Shown one piece after another: positions 55,351 to 64,000 of a stretch of 64,000 nt of DNA. The stretch is taken from positions 7,836,606 to 7,900,605 of the forward strand of contig CM119266.1 of the NCBI GenBank assembly GCA_051294375.1, written 5' to 3'. The stretch comes from Paraspadella gotoi. Taxonomy: Eukaryota; Animalia; Chaetognatha. Every line of letters begins with the position of its first letter. Position 1 is the stretch's first letter. The position numbers and the translations under genes were made by a program. Under the pieces are notes generated by a model. That model was not told the DNA's origin, searched no databases, and was given only the letters and a program-made list of their open reading frames with translations.

Positions 55351-56061
55351 ATTCATGATAAGCATTTAATTTAAATAATGGTTCGGCTTTCCTATTCACT
55401 GGCCAATGGCTGAATTCTAAGCGAATTTGCCAGAAAAGTGATTTCACGGTTTCAAACGACTTTCGAGAATTTTCCACTCGCAACGCAGTTTGAACCGGGA
55501 ATCGAACTTGGGACCTACTGATCTCTGTGACGAAATTGGGTCGCGACGGAAAAGAGGGGAGAGAGAGGAAAAATGGAGGTATGGGGGGAGGGTGGGTTGG
55601 GGCGATAAAAAAAAAGGGGGAGTCAAGGCCATAAGTAAGCTAAGGGTACGGAGCGGATAGAAGCCGATGGTAGGGCATTAAGGACATTAAGGTTGCAGGT
55701 AAGGACGCAGTTCGACTGGAATCGAATGGAACCGAATGGAATCCTATTGAATCTCGACGACAATCGAGATAAGACTTTTTTTGCGGGGAACATAATTTGT
55801 TGACACCCGATGACGTAATTCATACAAACGTGGTTTTGAAGATTTTTGGGTTGTGATTTTTATTATTTTTCGACAAGGTATTTTAAGATTGTTTTGTTTT
55901 GGTCTTTTTACAGGTGATTTTGTGGAATCGTTTTGTCAATCCTGTCTTTTTTTAAAGAGCATAAAGCAATCACGTTTCTGTAATGAAACTGAGACTGAAA
56001 TTGGATACTTAGGAGATGATATATATCTATATCTTTCAATCAATTCTATTTTTCCGTATCA

Positions 56062-56133
56062 GCCGAAATAGCTCAGTTGGGAGAGCGTTAGACTGAAGAT
56101 CTAAAGGTCCCTGTTCAATCCCGGGTTTCGGCA
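56062..56133 (+). tRNA. tRNA-Phe: tRNA-Phe(GAA) with a 1-nt deletion in the T-stem (variant or pseudogene)
   Basis: GCCGAAATAGCTCAGTTGGGAGAGCGTTAGACTGAAGATCTAAAGGTCCCTG-TTCAATCCCGGGTTTCGGCA; canonical metazoan tRNA-Phe has CCTGGTTC; T-run downstream. Confidence 0.9.
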
Positions 56134-56332
56134 TAATATTTTCCTTTCTTTGGCAAAGTCATCAATACCCTCTCATTCTAGTATATACTTATTCACTATA
56201 AGGTTTTATTACACATGGCACCTTTGTTGTTGTTGTTTATTATTATAATTATTATTATTTTAGATTTTTTATTTAATTATGAGTATCTCACAAAGAAAAA
56301 AAAATAACATTTAAAATTCAACGTGGAGCAAG

Positions 56333-56404
56333 GGCGCAGTGGCCAAGCGGTAAGGCGTCGGTCTCGTAAACCGAAGATCACGGGTTCGAATCCCGTCTGT
56401 GCCT
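56333..56404 (+). tRNA. tRNA-Thr: tRNA-Thr(CGT)
   Basis: GGCGCAG...CTGTGCC acceptor stem, anticodon arm TCGGT-CTCGTAA-ACCGA, T arm ACGGG-TTCGAAT-CCCGT. Confidence 0.96.
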
Positions 56405-56504
56405 GAATCGGAATGTCCGTGCGTTGCGACCTTTTACTCTACTCTCGTGGATGGAATATCGGTTTATTGTCATTGGAAATGAGACTGGCCTAAAAAGAAG
56501 GGCT

Positions 56505-56576
56505 GGCTCGTTGGTCTAGCGGTATGATTCTCGCTTAGGGTGCGAGAGGTCCCGGGTTCAACTCCCGGACGAGCCC
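56505..56576 (+). tRNA. tRNA-Pro: tRNA-Pro(AGG)
   Basis: GGCTCGT...ACGAGCC acceptor stem, anticodon arm CTCGC-TTAGGGT-GCGAG, T arm CCGGG-TTCAACT-CCCGG, TTTT terminator at 56581. Confidence 0.97.
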
Positions 56577-57649
56577 AGACTTTTATGACGTTTCTTTTTA
56601 ATGGGATAGAACCTTTTCATCTTGATTTAAGTGAAATTTTGAGGGAAATATATTAGGAGATAAAAAAAAAATGGAACAAGTATAATTGAGTCAGTTTAAA
56701 CTGGTTAAACAGTTGCATTGTGATCGAGTCTTCAGGATGTCGTGGCTTTTGTTACAAAATTATAGGGATTTGACCTTACACTGATACTTTTGAAAATCTT
56801 AAACCAGAAAGTTTTCGTGATGTCGCTGCCGAACAGTTATTCACTGCCGTGAAAAATCTTATGACTTTGACTTCACGATAATTTTTACGAAATCAAAGAC
56901 AAAATTCTCAGTAGGGTGATCGCGTTCGCCATCTGTTGATTAATGTTACAATTTTAGTACCAAAAGCAAAACAGAAGACAAACGGAACGAGGTTGAAAAC
57001 TCCAGTAATTTACTGTAAAGGTCACTAATTTCACTAAAAAGGTCCCTAAAAATTTGGCCCAATGGCCGAAACAAGTCAATTATGGTCAACGGTAAGACGA
57101 GTTGAGGGAGAGAGAGAGNNNNNNNNNNAGAGAGAGAGAGAATAATGTGTGTAAGATTGTGTAATGTATTAAATATATTATAAATTTTTATGTCAAAATA
57201 TTTTTATTTCGATTTAAGAAAAAAGTAAACACTTTTAACGTTATATATAGGTTCGATTTCGAGTTTAAGTAAGTAGTAATGATATTTAACTCATAGTTTA
57301 AAAGATAAACTACTATTGTTTGGATTTCCAAGGATTAAAAATAATTAACTTATCTGGAAAATCCTTCAGCAAACATTTACCCAACTTGTTGTTCCTTTGG
57401 CATTTGATCTTTGCCCTACCCTTCCTCCTCTTCTTCCTCCTGCTCTTCCTGCTCTTCCTCCTCCCCCTTTTTCTCTCTGATCTCCTGGTCTTCCTCTTCC
57501 TCCTCTTCCTCATTCTTTTCCTCTTCCTCCTCCTCCTCCTCAATCGTAGTAAACGAATGGCTTGACAAAAAATAGGGAAAAAAAAGTTTTTATCTTAAAG
57601 AAAAAGTTTCAAAAGTCACAGGGAGAGAGGAAAAAATTCGCTCCTTCGG

Positions 57650-57655
<6 letters not shown>

Positions 57656-57735
<80 letters not shown>

Positions 57736-57797
57736 GAGAAAAATAGAAAAAAAGGCAATCATTTTTTTTTAAAAACTTTGTTTAAAAAACAACGAAA

Positions 57798-57885
<88 letters not shown>
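57656..57885. repeat. Long (GA)n and (TC)n microsatellites in inverted arrangement upstream of the myosin light chain gene
   Basis: (GA)n about 57656-57730 and (TC)n about 57801-57885, about 70 nt apart. Confidence 0.9.
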
Positions 57886-57891
<6 letters not shown>

Positions 57892-58081
57892 CTCCGGGAG
57901 TTTTTCGTTGGATTATATCTCCGATTTCTCTCTCTTTCTCTCTCGATCAGTTTTACCTCGGAATAATTTTTTTTCGCGGCGGCCTACGATTTTTTGTTTA
58001 CGCGAATTTGTTTGTTTACATCGACGGAAACGTAAACATTTTTTTTTCTCCAATTCGAAGCCTGAAATCATCAAGAAAAAA

Positions 58082-59783
58082 ATGGTAGGCATAAAAAAAA
58101 AAACAATTTTGACAATTTTTCATTTTATCATCTCACATTTTCCAATGTTTGCTCGAGTTTGAACTTTTATAAAAGCGAGAAAGATATTTGTTTTATTTCA
58201 ATCGCCTAAAAATTATTTTGAAGGAAACATTAAACGTAAAAAAAATGTAAGCGTTTTCTTTTTTGAAAATAAATTGTTTTATTTCGAAGAAAAAAAAATA
58301 TTTTGTTAGAAATAGAATCTAATGGCCATTTTTTTCTTTTCGGGCAAAGCCGGCATCTAAAATTCTAAGTTTCTTTTTATCAATGATTGTGCGTCTGTTT
58401 ATCTGACAAACTTTCCATATGACTGACTGTCTGTGTGTCTGTCTGTCTGTCTGTTTTCTCCTTTCTTGTTTATTGACTTAATTCTTTATTTTCTCTGTCT
58501 CTTTTCTATCCGATTTATTTCATTCTTTTGTTTTCTCTTTATCCTTCATCTTTTCCCTTTATAACTATCTCCCTACCTCCCTTTCCCCCTCCCACATCCT
58601 CTTCCTCCCCCACATCCTCTCCTCCCCACATCCTCTCCTTCCCCCTCTCCCTCCACCCCCCCTACCTCCCCCTTTCTCCAAACTCGCTTCTGTTTTTGTC
58701 TTAATCTTCCAGTTTTCGTTTTCCTTCTCAAATTTCGATCAGACGATCAGCGAACAAATTAAAAATATTAAAAACAATTTTTTTTAAAAATAAAGTTAAT
58801 CAAAATTTAATTTAAATTTAACAATAAAAAAAATCTAAAAGTTCAATAATAATTGTGGGATTATTTCTTCCATTCACAGACGAGCCTCAGCGAATCCGAG
58901 ATGGCGGGTGAGTAGTTTTCTTTTTGAATGTGAATCCATGAATTTAAATTCAAATCGTGTGAATTTCAAGTCGCGGTTCTTTTATCTTCAATTTGAAACG
59001 AACCGCTGACGAGGGAGTGTTGATTTTCATACATATAATAGATCATTCGGTTCATTTATTCATGAAAACATAAATGAATTAGTGGTAAATAAGTAAATAC
59101 ATGAATAATTTACAAAATAAAGCAAAATAGAATCCGATTCCTATCATTTTAACGTCTTTATGTTCAGTTTATAAATAAATAAAAAAATAAATAAATAAAT
59201 AAATAAGTAAATAAACGATTAAAAAATAAATGAATAAGTAAATGTTTACAAAATGCGACGTAAATTTGTATCTTCGTCTCAATGTTCATTTTATTAATAT
59301 TAAAATAAATGAATTAATTAATATATGTTTATAAAATCATATTATTGAATTTTTTTTCGATTCGAGGTTCTTTTGTCTTTTTCGCATTCCCCTTTTTATT
59401 TTTGAGCTACAGTGAGTCACTGATTTTCCGATCTTCTCTCGGTATTTCCAATGGGTTCGACTGTAGACGAATTCCCGCTGAGATTTTTTTCGATCTTTTT
59501 CTGGACGACGACGACAACAGATATAAATATGACGTCAGCAAAGGTGACGAAGAACAACAACAACGACAACAACTGAGCTCAGACGGGTCAACTTGACAAA
59601 GCTGGAAAACAACTTTAAAAAAAAATGTATTTAGATCGACATGACTCAGAAAAGACACCGACCAAAACGAAAACAACGGGAAAATCAAAATTGGCGATTG
59701 AGACAAAGGATTCGTACTGTACACAAATCTTTTCAATTCTAATCCAATCGATTGTTTCTCCGTCGAAAACAAATGAGATTTTG

Positions 59784-59831
<48 letters not shown>

Positions 59832-60903
59832 CTCCGATTTATGTAAATCTGTGGGTATTACCCACTGGGTGAGGCTCGCGATTTTCTAGGGCGGAGAATT
59901 CGTCGTAGTGGATTTTGTTGTTGTTATTTTAAATTTTTAAGTAAGTTTTTCTTCCGTCTAGAATACAATGCGATCATATTTAAGCAACTGGGACTGACCG
60001 CCTATTTTTTTTTGCACTCTGTACTTGAGTTACGAATGACGAAGGGTAAGGAATTTTGAGTGGGTGAGGAATTTTATGACCGCGAAACTGGGATTTTGGT
60101 AAGGAGCCTGTTTTGTGGGGGGGGGGGGTAAATTGTCATCAACGTCGTCGTCGTCGTCGTCGTCGTCATTATCGGTGTCATCGTCGTTGACCTCGAATTT
60201 TATTACATTGCACTTCATTTTGCGTCTTTAAAGAATTTCATTTATGAAGTGCGTACAACCAATGTTAAAATATCCATTCATTAAATAAATGAGCAGTCTT
60301 GCCACTCGCTTTAGACGAGCTATGGTAAGTTAAGGCCTCATTCCCTCTTTCAAGAGAATAACCTAACTGGGCCTTGCGAGCCTTTAATCTAGACTTTTTC
60401 ACAGTTTAGTTTTCTAAATATATAGTTTATGTTAAGTTTCGTCTTCGTCTTTCTAATCGATTTCTTTTCTCGAGTTGGAAGTCAATAACGATGAAGAATC
60501 CGACCACCAGCAGTTTCGTCGTCGTCGTCGTCGTCGTAGAGAGGTTTTATTCTCAGTTTCGCGCATTTTTTTTTTAATTAACCACAAATAATTAATGAAT
60601 ACTGAGTCACAACTACGTTGATAAAAATTTATACTTTGAAAAATTTTGAAGAGTTTCTAAGTTTAAAGTTTTCAAGTTTCTAAAATGTTACAATCTAAAT
60701 TAAGAAGATTCTTTTTTTTTTTAATTTTGAGAGGATGGCATAGAAACTCAAGTTTAACATTCACGAAGTCGAACTGACTTCGCTACATTTGGGTCATTTC
60801 TTACAATTTACCCATTTTTTTCATCGACCACCCGTTGAAAATATTTATCAATTTCGAATTCCAAAAGATTTTAAGGAGGAAATTTGAAATTTCTTGGGGA
60901 GAA

Positions 60904-60945
<42 letters not shown>

Positions 60946-61825
60946 TGGTGAAGATCGAACAAGAAATGTGAAAAGATCAAGACGCAAAAAAAAATATCTT
61001 GATCAAACACAGATTTTCTAATGTTTTAGTCTCAGCTTTTTTCTCGCATTATTTCTTTAAAAAAATAGAATAGAAAATCGTTGAGAAAAACAAAATGTAC
61101 TGGAAATAAAAAAAGGAAAAAAAAAAAGAAAAAAGAAAAGACATTCGATCCAAAAGTTTAATTCTAAAAAGTCGAAAAGGAAATTCTCGCTGGGAAGAGG
61201 AAAAGAAAGAGAAAGAGAAAGAGAGAGAGAGAGGAATTAGACGTGAGTGTGAGGATTTAAAAGCGTTTTACAAAAATCATATATTATTTTTTCCGATTTT
61301 ATTTTTAATAATAACAAAAGAATCGGATATTACTCAATCGATTGTCTTATAAAAACTATTTTTGAGTTTAGAGAAGAGGAGGAGCAGAAACGTGAGGGTT
61401 GATTTGCGTGAAAGTAAAGGGAAAGTAAAGGGAAAGTAAAGGGAGAAGAAAGGAAAGGAGAGGCCATAGGAAAAAAGTTAAATAAGAAAGAAAGGAAAGG
61501 AAAATTTTAAAGGCAACGATAAACAAAAAAAAAACCCTAAAGTTTTAATTAATCAAAATTAATGAAATAAATTTAAACAATAACATACGATAAACTAAAC
61601 TTCAGAACGCAGTCTTCAACCTCCCTCGTAAAACTGTCATTCACAGTTGAGACTCAACTAACATTCCACCGTTTGTCTTTTGTTCAGATTTCCAAGACAC
61701 GTTTCTCCTCTTCGACCGAAAGGGGGACGGGAAGATCGAAACCTCGCAGATCGGCGAAGTCCTTCGCGCCCTCAACCTGAACCCGACGGAAGCCGAGGTC
61801 GGGAAATACATGACGGAGATTGGGG
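58082..61825 (+). CDS. Myosin essential (alkali) light chain, MYL6/Mlc-c-like EF-hand protein; first three coding exons, gene continues past the window
   Basis: ATG|GTAGGC (58082-58084), exon 58880-58907, exon 61688-61825 give MTSLSESEMADFQDTFLLFDRKGDGKIETSQIGEVLRALNLNPTEAEVGKYMTEIG; the ATG-only first exon and LRAL..NPTEAEV are typical of this family. Confidence 0.88.
60273..60409 (+). mobile_element. Mini Helitron-like repeat, copy C
   Basis: A|TCCATTCATT...AGACTTTTTCACAGTTTAG|T; collinear with 4817-4953. Confidence 0.55.
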
Positions 61826-62136
61826 GTGAGTTTCTCCGTTTCTTTTTTGTCGGTATCGTCCGTCGGTTTGACATCGTGTCGGTATCGTCCGTCGGTTTGA
61901 CATCGTGTCGGTCTGTCGTTGTCTAAACTCTGACGATCCAGTTAAATCATTTTTTCCCCGAATATTTACTATTACTTTATTCACTATTTCTTTCATTCGC
62001 AAACTTGATTTGTAAAATTTGAATAGCTAAATGAGTAAATCGTCTTTCACAAAAGGCACTGTATTTATTATTATTGATTATGATTATGGATTCTATTTAA
62101 ATTGAAACGAGATTGCGAACCTTAACAAAGCAGACG

Positions 62137-62264
62137 CACTATAAGAGCTTAGTAGGGTCAATGACGGAAAATATCACAGGGCCTCGCTATTGAGCCAGAA
62201 TGACTACACTATAAGAGCTTAGTAGGGTCAATGACGGAAAATATAACAGGGCCTCGCTATTGAG
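62137..62264. repeat. Direct duplication with 70-bp period
   Basis: CACTATAAGAGCTTAGTAGGGTCAATGACGGAAAATAT.ACAGGGCCTCGCTATTGAG at 62137 and 62207. Confidence 0.85.
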
Positions 62265-62284
62265 TCTAAAAAATAAAATGATGT

Positions 62285-63937
62285 TCATTTGTTGGTAAAA
62301 ACTTTCAAATCTTCCGCCATCTCTGGGTTCATGAGTTTCGCCTCTTCGTAGATGGAGGAGAAGAAGCGAGAGAGGGAAGAAGAGGAGGAGGAAGAAGCGG
62401 AGGAGGAAGAGGAAGAGAAAGAGGAAAACTTATTAAAGACTTCTCCCGGAAGTGGATCGACGAAGCAGCACCGAAGAAAGAGGCAGATTTTTTTCATGGT
62501 GCGGAAGGGATCGTGACTGCTAGCGCCGCCGTCGAACCAGAGCGGATCAGGAATTAACTTCTTGAACTGAAAATGATCGACACTGTGAACTATCGACGCC
62601 ACGAAGAAAGATTCGGCGTCGACTCCGGAAAAATGACGCAGGAGTTGGTCGTTAGCGGCGTCGCCGGCGTCGTGCTCGCAGCGCCCTCTCTTCATCTCCT
62701 CGAATCGGCACCGAAAAACTCGTCGCATTTTAACGACAAAATCGATCATCGCCGAATGACGCGTCAACTGCGTCAAGAGTTCGTGACGTGGAACTCGTGA
62801 CGCGACGTTAGCGCCAATTTGTCTATCGACGTCGTTGCCGCCCATCGCCTCACGTATCGCCATCCCGCTTCCGGGAGGAAAAGAAAACTATATAGAGAAA
62901 AATGATATTGTGAATAGCCTCTTTGAAGGTTTCTATATGACGCCCAGCCTTGTCAGAAGCTTAGTTTTCCGACCCATAATACCGACTATCCTCATATACA
63001 GCTCAGTACTTGTCCCATTAAACTGAGGAGATTTGTCGGTGGCGCCGACTAGGATCCACTTAACCAACCAGCCTCGTTGCCCGCTCATTGTCCGAAACCA
63101 TAAAACCGATCAGCCTCATAACCAGACCAGTATCCAAACCCATATTACTCACCAGCCTCGTGAGACGCAATACTCGAAAAAGAATCGGAAATCCTTCGAC
63201 GGCGAAAAAGTTGGACATGAATGCGGCGACGCGGAGGCGGCGGAAGAAGCCGCTGCTGCTGCTGCTGCTTGAGCTACTGCTTTGGCTGCAACTGCTGCAA
63301 CGGTTAGATCCTGAGGAGATAAGATTTGATTATGGCTTGTTGCCGGATAAAACGACTCATTAATAATGTCATTAATCGATAGCCTTCATAATTCATATAA
63401 TTCGTAAATAAAATTGTCGCTCAGTCCTTCGGTATGTCCGTCACAATGCGTACGTCCGTCAGTACGCCTTTACCGTCAGAGTTTTTATCGGCAGACCCGG
63501 CAGCGTCGTCAGCAGCGGCGTCAGCTGCGACGGCATCGTCCGCCATCTCCAAAGCTAAAGCGTGAATGTTGATGTGACCGGAAGTGAAGACGTAAAAGGT
63601 GACGACGACGAAAGCCTCTTCGGCAGAGAGACGCCGATTTCCTAACGTGGCCGAGAGAAATCTCGGCGCCGGACTCGAGACGCCGCCGGCGCCAGCGCCG
63701 CTGCTGACACAGTCTTCATCAACTTCGATAATTAAACTGAATTTTTTTCTCGAAACGCGAATGTTGTCGTCGTCGTCAATAACATATAACAAATCTTTGA
63801 CAAGAAACTCGACGACAATGCCGCTGCCGCTGCCGCTGCCGCCGCCGCCGCCGCCGCCGACTCTCGTCACGTTGACGGCGAAGTTCGTCTCGAGCGACAT
63901 CGCCGCGCAGATGGCGCCAAAATCGACAATAGGGGGT
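62285..63937 (-). CDS. Uncharacterised protein, last three exons, apparently nested antisense in a myosin light chain intron; 5' end beyond the window
   Basis: Exons 63937-63474, 63310-63153 and 62887-62285 join in frame (phases 1 and 0) with canonical sites; motifs GHINIHALA, SNFFA, GVDAESFFVASIVHSVDH, DPLWFD; stop at 62285-62287. Confidence 0.75.
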
Positions 63938-64000
63938 CTGGAAGGCGTGAGGTAGGACGGGGTTGGAGTAAAGGGAAAAAGGGAATATATATTTGCTCGT

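Noticed and set aside
57313-57565. Poly-Arg/Lys and poly-Leu/Phe ORFs
   Set aside because: Products of a (CCT/CTT)n simple repeat.
61848-61920. 29-bp tandem duplication next to the MLC exon 3 donor
   Set aside because: Local slippage duplication of about 2.5 copies with no further structure.

Overview
Compact, intron-rich animal (probably invertebrate) genomic DNA with GC-rich exons, AT-rich introns and three small N-gaps (33107-33116, 51095-51104, 57119-57128). All gene models were spliced by hand from GT-AG sites and frame continuity. In order: (1) the 3' end of a + strand gene ending in a PDZ-type motif (TTYV); (2) a giant kismet/CHD7-type chromatin remodeller (46 coding exons, about 5,700 aa) with probable internal promoters; (3) a small tail-anchored membrane protein gene (-); (4) a short F-box gene, a foldback/Mutator-type insertion, then an intact but highly derived eEF1A-family protein with degenerate GTPase motifs and no domain II, possibly spliced or co-transcribed with the F-box; (5) a LAMP gene (-) with a decayed antisense gene fragment in an intron; (6) three tRNAs (Phe variant, Thr, Pro); (7) a myosin essential light chain gene with a nested antisense gene of unknown function. 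Mobile elements: two near-identical 250/258-bp elements with 4-bp TSDs and an internal tRNA-type Pol III promoter, two ~600-bp elements with 7-8-bp TSDs, three mini-Helitron-like copies and the foldback element. Best leads: the F-box / domain-II-less eEF1A-like locus, the tRNA-promoter element with integrase-type ends, and a Kismet-S-like short isoform.
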